From Candidatus Parcubacteria bacterium (GTDB lineage: Bacteria; Patescibacteriota; Minisyncoccia; UBA6257; HR35), in the NCBI GenBank assembly GCA_025999335.1, contig AP024681.1:163656-227655 (forward strand): DNA of 64,000 nucleotides, in the 5' to 3' direction. Of the stretch, positions 41,564 to 51,353 are shown one piece after another. Position numbers and translations under genes: made by a program. Under the pieces are notes generated by a model. The model searched no databases, was not told the origin of the DNA, and saw only the letters and a list, made by a program, of their open reading frames with translations. Within the stretch, counting starts at the first letter, position 1, and each line of letters opens with the position of its first letter.

Positions 41564-42862
41564 TTAACGAGCAAGAGAATATCTTTTTAATACAAAAAAT
41601 GAAGCTAGAAAAGTTAAAATAAAATTTAAACACTGAGCTATAATGCTTGCGTAAACAGCTCCTAAAACGCCAAACAAAGGTATAAAAATAATATTCAAAA
41701 TAACATTTAATAATGCTGGAAATAAAGTAAGAATAAAATCTAACCACTGCTTATTGTAACTTAATAAAAAATAATCTAAAAAATTTGTTGGAAAAAGAAA
41801 AATTAAAATCCAAACAAAAACCTTCAAGATAGGCACAGATAAAGCGAATTCATAACCAAAAATAAATAATATTAACTCCTCAGACAATAAATACATTAAT
41901 ACCGCGCTCAATAAACCTATTAAAATTAATAAAACAGTAAAAACAAAAAGAATTGTTTGTAAACGTTTATAATTATTGCGACTAACCTCAAAAGATAAAA
42001 TTGGAAAAAATGCTAAAGTCAAAATAGAAGGAATAAACTGAATAACACCGACAAAACGGGAAGCAACGCTATAAACACCATTCATTTGTGGACCTAAAAA
42101 ATGAGTTATAAAAATTCTATCAGTAGCAAAAAAAACAAAACCTAATAAACCAAATAACGCTAAAGGCAAACCATTAATAATATAATACTTTAAACGCAAA
42201 AAAGTCACCGGGAAAGAAAAGTTAAGAATTATTTTTGTTTCACGCCAAAATAAAAAATAAGCAATCAATAAACTTGTAAGCATACTTAAAAGATAAGCCA
42301 TAGCAACAACTAAAATATTTTTCCAGATGATTAAACCCACAATTATAAAAACTAATAAAACTAATGAAGAAATAAAATTAAAAATAAATCTTTTCTGAGA
42401 CATTTGTTTAGCAACAAAATAACTTTCAAAATAATTTTCCAAATTTTGAAAAAAATAAAATAAAACAAATATTATATAAATATATATATTTCCAATATTT
42501 TTCGTAAATAAATAACCACCTAAGGCTAGTAAAGCAAAAATAATGGAAAGATATAATTTTAATGTAAAAACTTCGGAGATAAGAGTCAGTTTTTTTTGAT
42601 CATCGTTTTGATTATAATCGCGAATAAAAATATTAGAAATACCTAAATCAGAAAATAAAAAAAATAAACCAACAAATGAAAAAAAATACTCAAAAACACC
42701 AAACTCTGTTGGACCTAAATAACGAGAAATAAAAAGAAAAACAAAAAGCCTAACACCCTTTGAAGCAACTTCAGCAAAATATAACCAAAAAACATTCTTA
42801 AAAAACAGTTGCTTAGTATACCATTGTCTTAAAATGAATTTTATAGTTCTTTCCATAGTCAA
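41564..42862 (-). CDS. Polysaccharide/lipid-linked oligosaccharide flippase (Wzx/MOP superfamily)-like membrane protein
   Basis: About 12 predicted TM helices, 432 aa; MOP-like topology. Confidence 0.45.
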   Translation of the reverse strand: MTMERTIKFILRQWYTKQLFFKNVFWLYFAEVASKGVRLFVFLFISRYLGPTEFGVFEYFFSFVGLFFLFSDLGISNIFIRDYNQNDDQKKLTLISEVFTLKLYLSIIFALLALGGYLFTKNIGNIYIYIIFVLFYFFQNLENYFESYFVAKQMSQKRFIFNFISSLVLLVFIIVGLIIWKNILVVAMAYLLSMLTSLLIAYFLFWRETKIILNFSFPVTFLRLKYYIINGLPLALFGLLGFVFFATDRIFITHFLGPQMNGVYSVASRFVGVIQFIPSILTLAFFPILSFEVSRNNYKRLQTILFVFTVLLILIGLLSAVLMYLLSEELILFIFGYEFALSVPILKVFVWILIFLFPTNFLDYFLLSYNKQWLDFILTLFPALLNVILNIIFIPLFGVLGAVYASIIAQCLNFILTFLASFFVLKRYSLAR

Positions 42863-42878
42863 AACATTAAAAGTACGA

Positions 42879-43844
42879 TTAAATATTCTTTAAATAAAAA
42901 TTTAAATTTTTATATTTAAGATAATCTTTTTTCTTAAGAATTCCTATCTGAGCTCCTAATTTTTCAATGTTTGCTGAGGCATTAGCGCTTCCCCATTTAA
43001 TTGCTTCAAGAATATGTCTTTCGCTTAAATTATAACGATTTATTTTATCAATGATCAATTTACCCAAAAAAGCACTGGCAAAAGCATCGCCGGCGCCAGT
43101 GGTATCTTCAATAATTTTAGGTTTAAATATATCGCTAACAAAAGCTTTATTTTGAAAAAAAACAATTGATCCTCGACGACCTCTTGTTAAAACTAAAACC
43201 TTTAATTTAAACTTTTTAAATATCTCCTTGCCAATTTTAAAATCATCTATTTTATTCTTGTCCTTTTTAATGTTTAATAATGTATCTGCTTCCTCGGTGT
43301 TAATAAAAAGAATATCAATTAAACTAAATAATTCAGCAGATTTAATCTCTGTCAAAAAAAAATCACTGGGGTTTATGCCTATTAATAAACTCTTATCATA
43401 GATATTCTTTAAAAACTGATTAAATATTCTTGGCTTAGTATTTGCTGTTGTTAAATAATAATATTTTTGTTGCGGCACCGATAATAACTCTGATAAAGTA
43501 AATTCATTAGCAATGCCCCGATAAACAAAAATTGTCCTCTCAGCATTAGCGCTTAAAAAAATCATTGAAAATTGTGATTCACCTTGATGTTGAAAAATAT
43601 GATATTTAATTTTGGCTTGTTTAATTTTTGAAAGAATAATTTGCGATATCAAATCATCGCCTAAACGAAAATAAGCTCGACAATTAAGTTGCAAGTTTGC
43701 AAAGGTTGCTGCGGCATTAACAGCTCCTCCTCCTAAAGCGAAGAAAATATTATCAACCTTAACTTTGTCTCCTAAAGATATTGAATCAATTTTTTGACTT
43801 TTTAAAATAATATCTAATGTGGCTGTGCCTAAAGAAATTATCAT
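42879..43844 (-). CDS. PfkB-family carbohydrate/nucleoside kinase (ribokinase-like)
   Basis: DTTGAGDAFASAF C-terminal PfkB signature; GG dipeptide N-motif. Confidence 0.7.
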   Translation of the reverse strand: MIISLGTATLDIILKSQKIDSISLGDKVKVDNIFFALGGGAVNAAATFANLQLNCRAYFRLGDDLISQIILSKIKQAKIKYHIFQHQGESQFSMIFLSANAERTIFVYRGIANEFTLSELLSVPQQKYYYLTTANTKPRIFNQFLKNIYDKSLLIGINPSDFFLTEIKSAELFSLIDILFINTEEADTLLNIKKDKNKIDDFKIGKEIFKKFKLKVLVLTRGRRGSIVFFQNKAFVSDIFKPKIIEDTTGAGDAFASAFLGKLIIDKINRYNLSERHILEAIKWGSANASANIEKLGAQIGILKKKDYLKYKNLNFYLKNI

Positions 43845-43913
43845 TTATTTAGTCTATTTTAATGGTCTTATATTAATAATTATATTGCATATATTCTCTT
43901 TTATTATTAATAT

Positions 43914-43937
43914 CCCCCGCTATTTAAGCGGGGGAAC
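43914..43937. terminator. GC-rich hairpin (CCCCCGC-tatttaa-GCGGGGG) downstream of the tRNA-Gln/AI-2E transcription unit
   Basis: 7-bp all-GC stem in AT-rich surroundings; A/T-rich flank on the minus-strand side. Confidence 0.45.
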
Positions 43938-44152
43938 ATCGAAGTGAAGCCATCATGAGCAAACAGCCCCAGCTAAATAATTATAATCTAAAATATGTTT
44001 ATAACAATATCTTAAATAAAAATTAATTTTTAATTAAAATTAGTTAATCACACAATCTAACGAATATTAAAATTACGCCTCGTTACTTAAATAAATAAAA
44101 ACAGGTTAACAATATTTAGCTAAATAAGTCTACGCTAACTAAATAGAATTTG

Positions 44153-44223
44153 CTGCCGGGCTTGGATTCGAACCAAGATTTCATGGTCCAGAGCCATGCG
44201 TCCTACCCTTAGACGACCCGGCA
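44153..44223 (-). tRNA. tRNA-Gln (anticodon CTG) with U1:A72
   Basis: Reverse complement TGCCGGG-TC-GTCT-AAGGGTA-GGAC-G-CATGG-CTCTGGA-CCATG-AAATC-TTGGT-TCGAATC-CAAGC-CCCGGCA-G. Confidence 0.75.
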
Positions 44224-45212
44224 TCGTTATAAATTTTTATTATTTCAATTAATAAGCCTAATAAAGGTACAATAGTAATAATTCCTAAAATACCAAAAAA
44301 TTTTCCGCCAGCAATAATCCCAAAAATAATTAATAAAGGATTTAAAGACATAGCTTTTTTCATAATAATTGGTACTAATAAATGATTTTCCAATTGTTGA
44401 ATTATAATAAAAAAACCAACTACAAAAAATACTGAATCAGGTTGCTCGACTAAAGTTATTAAAGTGGCAAAAATTAAAGTAAATAAAGGTCCTATGATTG
44501 GCAATATTTCTAATAATCCTGCCATTAAAGCAATAAAAGCAGCATATTTAATTTGTAAAATCAAACCCATAAATATATAAGTTGCCACGCCGATAAAAAG
44601 CATTAGAATAAACTCGCCAACAAACCAAAACGAAATTTTAACTTGCAAATGCCGCCAAATTTGATTATAGTAATGCAATTTATGATTAGGTAAAAAATTA
44701 AAAAAATCATAAATAAAATTTTTTGTAAAAGCAACATACAAAGAAACCACAAATATTAAAACAATTGACAATAAACTACCTAAAAAATTAGATATAAAAG
44801 ATATTACCCGTTGAAAATAAGCAGTTAAATCTTTATCATCAATTCTTAAATATTTTTTTATCTCGCCTGTTAATAAAGAAATTTTAGGTAAAACAAGATA
44901 GCCAGCATATCTGTAATCAGAATATTTATCTAAAGATTTAATAATTTGAGGTATTTGATCAATAATAATTAATGAACCAACATATATCATTAAAGAAATC
45001 AAAAGAATCAAAAGAACGTAAATTAGAAAAACGCTCAAATAATAATTAAAATGCAATTTGTATTGTAAAAATAAAGCTGCTGTTCTTATTGCTGAACCGA
45101 TTAAAATCCCGGCTAAAAATGCTAAAACAACATCTTTTAAAATCCAAAAACCAACTAAAAACACCGGAACTAACCAAAAAGTGAAAATTTTTTTTATAGA
45201 TATATTATTCAT
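44181..45212 (-). CDS. AI-2E family (UPF0118/PerM-like) transporter; ORF 3' end reads through tRNA-Gln
   Basis: 8-TM topology with the conserved C-terminal AI-2E core (ENHLLVPIIMKK...GG.FFGILG); last ~14 codons are a translation of tRNA sequence. Confidence 0.65.
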   Translation of the reverse strand: MNNISIKKIFTFWLVPVFLVGFWILKDVVLAFLAGILIGSAIRTAALFLQYKLHFNYYLSVFLIYVLLILLISLMIYVGSLIIIDQIPQIIKSLDKYSDYRYAGYLVLPKISLLTGEIKKYLRIDDKDLTAYFQRVISFISNFLGSLLSIVLIFVVSLYVAFTKNFIYDFFNFLPNHKLHYYNQIWRHLQVKISFWFVGEFILMLFIGVATYIFMGLILQIKYAAFIALMAGLLEILPIIGPLFTLIFATLITLVEQPDSVFFVVGFFIIIQQLENHLLVPIIMKKAMSLNPLLIIFGIIAGGKFFGILGIITIVPLLGLLIEIIKIYNDAGSSKGRTHGSGP

Positions 45213-45262
45213 AAATTTCCGGAATACCTAACTAATAGATATAAACCCTCGGTGTAAAATAA

Positions 45263-46549
45263 TTATACTAATTTTTTAAAAATTTTTGAAAAAGAATAAT
45301 TCTTGTAAGCTTCTGGTAAAATAGCTGTAAATTTAAGGTTTTTATAAGTAAAGAGATTATTGATAATTTTTTTGATATCTTTCACAGAGATGGTTTTAAT
45401 TTTTTTTATAATTTCTGCTGGTTTTAAAACCTTTCCTTCTTCTAATAATTGTCTACCATAAAACAACCCTGAAGAAAAACTATCTTCTAACCTAAGAAAT
45501 AAATCACTTTCAACAACAGTTTTAGCTAACAAGCATTCGCTCTCAGTGATATTAAATTTTTTTAAATTATTTATTTCTTTAACAATATTTTCTAAAACAT
45601 AAGTTAATTTGTCTAAAGCAATACCGGCATGAATAGCAAATAAACTTCTATTTGAATAGCCAGTAAAATAACTACGCAAATAATAAGCAGCGCCTAATTC
45701 TTCTCTAACTTTTAACCATAATCTTGAACTTGACTTACCGCCAACGATTAAAGCTAATAAACTAAATAAATATCTTTTATCATGTAACCTTTGCAAACCT
45801 GGCAATGGCCAACTCATAAATATATGAGCTTGATCAACTTTTTTTAAAGTAACACTTTCTTGATATTTAACTAATGGGTTTTTAAAAGTAATAATTGTTT
45901 TAGTTTTTTTATTATTATAATTTTTAAAATTTTCATTAATGATTTTTAATAAACGATCTAAATTTAAAATTTTACCGCTAATTATTATAAATGTATTTTT
46001 AAATGAATAATTATTTTTTACATAATCAATAATATCATTGCGAGTAATATTTTGCAAAGAATCTTTAGAACCTAAAATAGGCCAACCAGCCGGCTGATCG
46101 CCAAAACTTAAACGGTAGCCAAAATCAACAACTAATTGCGCTGGATCATCATTGTACATATTTATTTCTTCAAAAATTACCTGACGTTCTTTGTCTATTT
46201 CTTCTTTATCAAATAAAGAATTAACAAGAATATCGTTTAATAAAAATATTGCTTTTTCTGAAAATTGAGGTAAAACTTTAATATAAAAACCGGTATATTG
46301 ATAAGTTGTAAAAGCATTATAAATACCTCCCATTTTATCTATCTCCTCAAGCAAAGATTTTGGATTAGGAAAATTTTTAGTACCTTTAAAATACAAATGC
46401 TCTATAAAATGAGAAATACCGTTATTTTTCTTAATTTCATTATCAACACCAACTTTAACAAGAATTATAAAAGATGTCGACAGAGCATCATTCATATGAT
46501 TAACTAATATTTTCAAACCTTTAATTCCTTGAAAAACTTTAAAAGACAT
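45263..46549 (-). CDS. M16-family zinc peptidase (pitrilysin/insulinase-like)
   Basis: Inverted zinc motif HFIEH...E; two-domain M16 fold, 428 aa. Confidence 0.7.
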   Translation of the reverse strand: MSFKVFQGIKGLKILVNHMNDALSTSFIILVKVGVDNEIKKNNGISHFIEHLYFKGTKNFPNPKSLLEEIDKMGGIYNAFTTYQYTGFYIKVLPQFSEKAIFLLNDILVNSLFDKEEIDKERQVIFEEINMYNDDPAQLVVDFGYRLSFGDQPAGWPILGSKDSLQNITRNDIIDYVKNNYSFKNTFIIISGKILNLDRLLKIINENFKNYNNKKTKTIITFKNPLVKYQESVTLKKVDQAHIFMSWPLPGLQRLHDKRYLFSLLALIVGGKSSSRLWLKVREELGAAYYLRSYFTGYSNRSLFAIHAGIALDKLTYVLENIVKEINNLKKFNITESECLLAKTVVESDLFLRLEDSFSSGLFYGRQLLEEGKVLKPAEIIKKIKTISVKDIKKIINNLFTYKNLKFTAILPEAYKNYSFSKIFKKLV

Positions 46550-46604
46550 ATTAGAGATTTAAAAATTTAATAAATATATAAATATATTAAATTTTAACAA
46601 TAAG

Positions 46605-46847
46605 TTAAATTGATAATTTTATTCCTTGTTTTTGTAAGATTGATTTAGCTGTGTCTGATAATTTAGCTCCATTTTTAACATAAAAATCAATCAATTCTTT
46701 TTTAAAATTTCCCTTTTTTAAATAAGGATTCCACCATCCTAAAATATTGATTGTCTTACCATTTAATTTCCATCTTTTATCCTGAAGAACTAAACGATAA
46801 ATCTTTTGATTCTTTTTACCAATTTTTTGAAAACGTATAACTAACAT
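46605..46847 (-). CDS. rpsP: 30S ribosomal protein S16
   Basis: MLVIRFQKIGKKNQKIYRLV...WNP typical bS16. Confidence 0.85.
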   Translation of the reverse strand: MLVIRFQKIGKKNQKIYRLVLQDKRWKLNGKTINILGWWNPYLKKGNFKKELIDFYVKNGAKLSDTAKSILQKQGIKLSI

Positions 46848-46869
46848 TGCTAAAAAATTATTAAAAATA

Positions 46870-47217
46870 TTATTTTATAAATTCGACTAAAGCAAGATCA
46901 GCATTATCTTTAATCCTTTTAAAAGGTAATTTTAAAATACGCACATAGCCTCCGGTACGATCTTTATAACGAGGCGACAAATCATAAAACACTTTATAGG
47001 CTGATTTTTTAGGCAAATGTTTCAATAAATATCGCAAAGTAGCTAAATTTTGATTTTTGCCTTTAGAAATTAATTTCTCTATTCTCGGTTTTAAGTATTT
47101 AGCTCGTTGCGTTGTTGTCTTTATTCTTTCATTCATAATTAAATGATGCAGCATTATCTTAAACAAAGCTTTGCGAATATTTTTTTTTCGATGAAATTTT
47201 TTTTCTTTAATTTTCAT
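46870..47217 (-). CDS. rplQ: 50S ribosomal protein L17
   Basis: RKALFKIMLHHLIMNERIKTTTQRAKYLKP matches bL17. Confidence 0.85.
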   Translation of the reverse strand: MKIKEKKFHRKKNIRKALFKIMLHHLIMNERIKTTTQRAKYLKPRIEKLISKGKNQNLATLRYLLKHLPKKSAYKVFYDLSPRYKDRTGGYVRILKLPFKRIKDNADLALVEFIK

Positions 47218-47899
47218 TAATCAAAGAATTAAATTGATTAATAAGAATTTTGACACTATTATTAAAAGCTTCTTCGGGCGTCATAGTACCATCAGTTTCG
47301 ATAGTTAGACGTAATAAATTATAATCAATTCTATCTTGATAACGAATATTCTCAACTTCATAAACAGCATTAACTACTGGTGAAAATATGGCATCTAAAA
47401 TAATCTCGCCAGCAACTATCCTATCTTTAGTTCTTTCTTCAGCTGGAGAATAACCGCGTCCTTTTTCAACAGTCATTGTCATGTCTAATTTTGCTTTGCT
47501 ATCGGTTAGGGTAGCAATATGGTGATCTAAATTAATAATATTAACACCGCTAACCAGTTCAATATCTTTTGCGGTTACTTCTTTCTTACCACTAACGCTT
47601 AAGCGCAATTCAACAGGACCAGCAATGTCTAATTTAAAACGAATTTTTTTTAAAGATAAAGTTATATCCAAAATATCCTCTTGTACTCCGGGTAAAGTTG
47701 AAAATTCATGAAGCACATCTTGAATTTTTACTTTCGTAATAGCTGCGCCTTCTAAAGATGACAATAAAACTCTTCTTAAAGCATTACCCAGGGTTACTCC
47801 ATAACCAGGATACAAAGGTTTAATTTCAAAAACCGATTTATTTTTTTCTGAGAGAATAAGGTTTGGTTTTTCTGGTAATATTAAGTCATTAATAATCAT
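47207..47899 (-). CDS. rpoA: DNA-directed RNA polymerase alpha subunit, N-terminal assembly domain only (no alpha-CTD)
   Basis: PLYPGYGVTLGNALRRVLLSSLEGAAITKVKI... alpha-NTD motifs; 230 aa; stop overlaps the rplQ start. Confidence 0.8.
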   Translation of the reverse strand: MIINDLILPEKPNLILSEKNKSVFEIKPLYPGYGVTLGNALRRVLLSSLEGAAITKVKIQDVLHEFSTLPGVQEDILDITLSLKKIRFKLDIAGPVELRLSVSGKKEVTAKDIELVSGVNIINLDHHIATLTDSKAKLDMTMTVEKGRGYSPAEERTKDRIVAGEIILDAIFSPVVNAVYEVENIRYQDRIDYNLLRLTIETDGTMTPEEAFNNSVKILINQFNSLINEN

Positions 47900-47924
47900 T
47901 ACTTGTTAAAAATAAATATTTAAT

Positions 47925-48548
47925 TTACTGTCGACTATAAAAATCAATAACCGAAGATAAATCGAAATTATGTTGCAATTCAGAACTTTGCGGTAAATTA
48001 ACAACTGTAACGCTTAAATTATTTTCATCGAAAGAAAGCCATTTAGGAATATTATAAAATTTCAAACGTTGTTGAATATTAGCAAAATTTTTAATATGAC
48101 GAGATTGAGGACGAACAGAGATAACATCACCGCTTTTTACTAAATAAGACGGAATATTAATCTTTTTGCCGTTAACCAAAAAATGCCCATGGACAACCAA
48201 TTGTCTCGCTTCAGGTTTAGACAAAACAAAACCAGCTCTCCAAATAACATTATCTAAACGACGTTCTAAAAGTTCAATCAAAGCTTCAGCAGAATTTTTA
48301 TTTTTATTACTTTTAGCCAATTTAGCATAATTCTTCATTTGTTTTTCGCTTAATAAAAAAGCTATTCGCAGTTTTTGCTTTTCCAAAAGTTGCTTACCAA
48401 ATAAAGATAGAATTTTAGGCTTTCTACCATGCATGCCTGGCCTTGTTCGACGTCGCACCAAAGCGCATTTACCAGACAAGCATCTCTCATTAAGTCCTAA
48501 TTTTTGTCCAAACTTTCTACAATATTTGCATTTATATTGAAGTTTCAT
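47925..48548 (-). CDS. rpsD: 30S ribosomal protein S4 (zinc-ribbon form)
   Basis: N-terminal CKYCRKFGQKLGL...CLSGKC; S4 domain. Confidence 0.85.
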   Translation of the reverse strand: MKLQYKCKYCRKFGQKLGLNERCLSGKCALVRRRTRPGMHGRKPKILSLFGKQLLEKQKLRIAFLLSEKQMKNYAKLAKSNKNKNSAEALIELLERRLDNVIWRAGFVLSKPEARQLVVHGHFLVNGKKINIPSYLVKSGDVISVRPQSRHIKNFANIQQRLKFYNIPKWLSFDENNLSVTVVNLPQSSELQHNFDLSSVIDFYSRQ

Positions 48549-48551
48549 TGT

Positions 48552-48995
48552 TTAAACTCTGCGTGGTCGTGGCTTTGTAGGACCTCCAAAGGGTATTGGA
48601 GTAATGTCAGCAATTTCTGTAATATTATAATCTTTGCTAAAGAGCACTCTTAAAGCAGTTTCTCTGCCAGGTCCAATACCTTTGATTAAAACTTTTAACT
48701 CGTTAATATCGTAATTTTTTATTTTATCTAAAAAATGCTCCATTGCTCTTGTCCCAGCATAAGGAGTGCCTTTCTTTGTATTTTTCAAGCCAGCGCTACC
48801 TGAAGACGCCCAAGTCATTACATTGCCCTTGTCATCGGTTAAAGTAATTAAAGTATTATTAAATTTTGCATTAATATAAATACGACCTTTGTCTAAAAAA
48901 ATTTTTTTCTTATCCTTTTTCTTAGTCGATGTTTCTGAACTAACTGCTTCAGCTTTATCACCCTCTTGAATAATTTTTGTTCTTGTTTTACCCAT
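48552..48995 (-). CDS. rpsK: 30S ribosomal protein S11
   Basis: IYINAKFNNTLITLTD...GSAG...KGTPYA core. Confidence 0.85.
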   Translation of the reverse strand: MGKTRTKIIQEGDKAEAVSSETSTKKKDKKKIFLDKGRIYINAKFNNTLITLTDDKGNVMTWASSGSAGLKNTKKGTPYAGTRAMEHFLDKIKNYDINELKVLIKGIGPGRETALRVLFSKDYNITEIADITPIPFGGPTKPRPRRV

Positions 48996-49005
48996 GGTTA
49001 ATCAA

Positions 49006-49398
49006 TTATTTTTTACCGCCGCCAGCTTTACGACGAGCGCCAGTAGCAACAGTTTTTCTTGGACCTTTACGCGTACGCGCATTAGTTCTTGTTCTTTGTC
49101 CACGAACCGGTAATCCCTTTTGATGTCTCAAACCTCGATAACATTGAATATCAATTAAACGTTTAATATTTTCTTTAATTTCTCTTCTTAATTCTCCTTC
49201 TACTTTAAAATTTGCTTCAATATATTTTTCTATTTTTCCTATTTCTTGAGGGGTTAATTCATCGGTTTTTTTATTAACATCAATATCTAAAGCTGCGCAA
49301 ATTTTTTTTGCCAAACTTAAACCAATGCCGTAAATTTGCGGCAGCGCAAATAAAATTTTTTTATTTTTTTTTAATTCAACTCCTACGATGCGTACCAT
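49006..49398 (-). CDS. rpsM: 30S ribosomal protein S13
   Basis: [26 protein letters not shown]; C-terminal basic tail. Confidence 0.85.
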   Translation of the reverse strand: MVRIVGVELKKNKKILFALPQIYGIGLSLAKKICAALDIDVNKKTDELTPQEIGKIEKYIEANFKVEGELRREIKENIKRLIDIQCYRGLRHQKGLPVRGQRTRTNARTRKGPRKTVATGARRKAGGGKK

Positions 49399-49406
49399 TA
49401 ATAATA

Positions 49407-49520
49407 TTAACCTTGTCTTTGTTTATGACGAAGATTTTCGCAAATTACATATCTTGTCTTTCCTCGTTTTACTATACGACACTTTTGACATCTTTTTTTG
49501 ATTGAAGGAGTGACTTTCAT
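49407..49520 (-). CDS. rpmJ: 50S ribosomal protein L36 (not in the supplied ORF track)
   Basis: Manual translation gives [37 protein letters not shown]; canonical position upstream of rpsM. Confidence 0.8.
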   Translation of the reverse strand: MKVTPSIKKRCQKCRIVKRGKTRYVICENLRHKQRQG

Positions 49521-49709
49521 AATTTACAAAACTAAAATAATTTTTAAATTATACTATAAAAAAAATTAATAATAAAAAAATAATAAAAATTAAAAACTTA
49601 ACCCTATTGATACTTTAGGAATAATCAAACCAAAATATATTTTATAATAAAATTAAATATACTAAAATATATTATAACATAAAAAATTAAAATTTAAAAT
49701 AAAATCATA

Positions 49710-50924
49710 ATGAAAAAAATTATTTTCTTTTTAATAGATGGCATTGCTGACTCTATATCTAATAAAAATTTTGCTACACCCTTAAAAACAGCACGGAAAA
49801 AAAATATTAATAAATTGTTAGATCAATCTTTTTTAGGACAATTATTGCCATTAACTAAAGAAGAATGGCCTAAACAAGGCAATAAAAGCGTCACTGGCTT
49901 AGCTAATTTAGGTATTCTAGGATATGAAAAAAAAATACAAACAATAAAACGTGGACCATTGGAAGCCATAGGTTCTGACTTTGTTTATCAAAATGGTCAT
50001 TTAGCTATAAGATTTGACTTTGCTACTGTCAATAAAAATTTAAAAGTTATTGATCGTAGAGCAGGAAGAAATACTTTTGGTTTGCAAACATTAATAAAGG
50101 CATTAAATAAAATGACCTTTGACATTCCGTTTATTTTACGCAAAACCTATGGGCACCGAGGTGTTCTTATATTTTTCAAAAAAAATCTTTCTGATAAAAT
50201 AAGCGACAGCGACCCTTATAAAAATGGGGAAAAAGTAAAAAAAATCAAAAACATAAATAATGATAAAATTTCAAAACAAACAGCTCTCTTGGTGCAAAAA
50301 TTTTTAGACAAAAGCCATCAACTGCTTAATAATCATCCTATTAATAAACAAAGATTAAATAAAAAAATCCCGCCAGCTAATTATTTATTAACTCGTGAAG
50401 CTGGCAACAAAATAGTTAAGCTTCATAACTTTTTTAAAAAAAATAAATTTAAAAATGGTGTTGTTATTGCTGAAAATGGCGTTATCAAAGGCGGTTGCCT
50501 TTTAGCCGGTTTTCAAGCACAAACTCTTCCAGAAATTCATAATCTCCAAGAAAGATATAATTTTATTTACAAAAAAATCCAGCAAAATATTAATAAATAT
50601 CAATTAATATATGTACATCTTAAAGAAGCTGACGAAGCCGCTCACGATAAAAATCCTTTAAAAAAACGCAAGTTTTTTGAGTTTTTTGATCAATGGTTTG
50701 GTAATTTATATTTTTCTTTATCTAAGAATATAATATTTATTATAAGCGGAGATCATATTACTAATTCAAAAAGTGGTATGCATCAATGGGGCGCAGTTCC
50801 TTTATTGATCGTCAATTCTCCAATTAAAAATAATCCTCAAGGCTTTGATGAAATGAATGCTAAAAAAACAAATATAGTTTTGAGGCCAAAGGCGTTATGG
50901 CAATTAATACGAAAATATAATTAA
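49710..50924 (+). CDS. apgM: Cofactor-independent phosphoglycerate mutase, archaeal type (ApgM family)
   Basis: MKKIIFFLIDGIADS N-terminal metal-binding motif and overall length typical of ApgM/phosphopentomutase-like metalloenzymes. Confidence 0.6.
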   Translation: MKKIIFFLIDGIADSISNKNFATPLKTARKKNINKLLDQSFLGQLLPLTKEEWPKQGNKSVTGLANLGILGYEKKIQTIKRGPLEAIGSDFVYQNGHLAIRFDFATVNKNLKVIDRRAGRNTFGLQTLIKALNKMTFDIPFILRKTYGHRGVLIFFKKNLSDKISDSDPYKNGEKVKKIKNINNDKISKQTALLVQKFLDKSHQLLNNHPINKQRLNKKIPPANYLLTREAGNKIVKLHNFFKKNKFKNGVVIAENGVIKGGCLLAGFQAQTLPEIHNLQERYNFIYKKIQQNINKYQLIYVHLKEADEAAHDKNPLKKRKFFEFFDQWFGNLYFSLSKNIIFIISGDHITNSKSGMHQWGAVPLLIVNSPIKNNPQGFDEMNAKKTNIVLRPKALWQLIRKYN

Positions 50925-50926
50925 AC

Positions 50927-50999
50927 GCCCGTTTAGCTCAGAGGCAGAGCGTCTCGTTCACATCGAGAAGGACGGAGGTTCAAATCCTCCAACGGGCAC
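50927..50999 (+). tRNA. tRNA-Val (anticodon CAC)
   Basis: GCCCGTT-TA-GCTC-AGAGGCA-GAGC-G-TCTCG-TTCACAT-CGAGA-AGGAC-GGAGG-TTCAAAT-CCTCC-AACGGGC-A; starts 2 nt after the apgM stop. Confidence 0.85.
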
Positions 51000-51268
51000 A
51001 TTTTAAACAAAACCTTGATTACTATTTTTAGACAATCTTTGTTATTATCTTAAAAAATTAAGCTTACACAATTTATCGTTCTTATCATTATTCATTATTA
51101 AAACTACATTATTAATATCTATTTTATTTAGTTATTTCCTTAAGTACTATATTGAAAAGTTTTTATAACTATAAAATACCACTTATTAAAATTATTCAAT
51201 TCTCAAATAAAAAATTTGCACTTAATTATCTTGCAAAAAATTAAATTACTAAAAAAGATTTAATCTAG

Positions 51269-51353
51269 TGCCTGGGGTGGGAGTCGAACCCACACGATCG
51301 TAGCGATCAACGGATTTTAAGTCCGTAGCGTCTGCCAATTCCGCCACCCAGGC
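51269..51353 (-). tRNA. tRNA-Leu (anticodon TAA), type II
   Basis: Reverse complement GCCTGGG-TG-GCG-GAATTGGCAGA-CGC-T-ACGGA-CTTAAAA-TCCGT...GATCG-CTA-CGATC...GTGGG-TTCGACT-CCCAC-CCCAGGC-A. Confidence 0.85.

Noticed and set aside
43900-44000. tmRNA or SRP RNA at the GC-rich patch (minus strand begins GGGGCUG...)
   Set aside because: There is no downstream T-arm/CCA-like 3' domain. No resume codon or tag ORF. No SRP domain IV (AGCAG/GGAA) motifs. Interpreted as a terminator hairpin for the tRNA-Gln/AI-2E unit.
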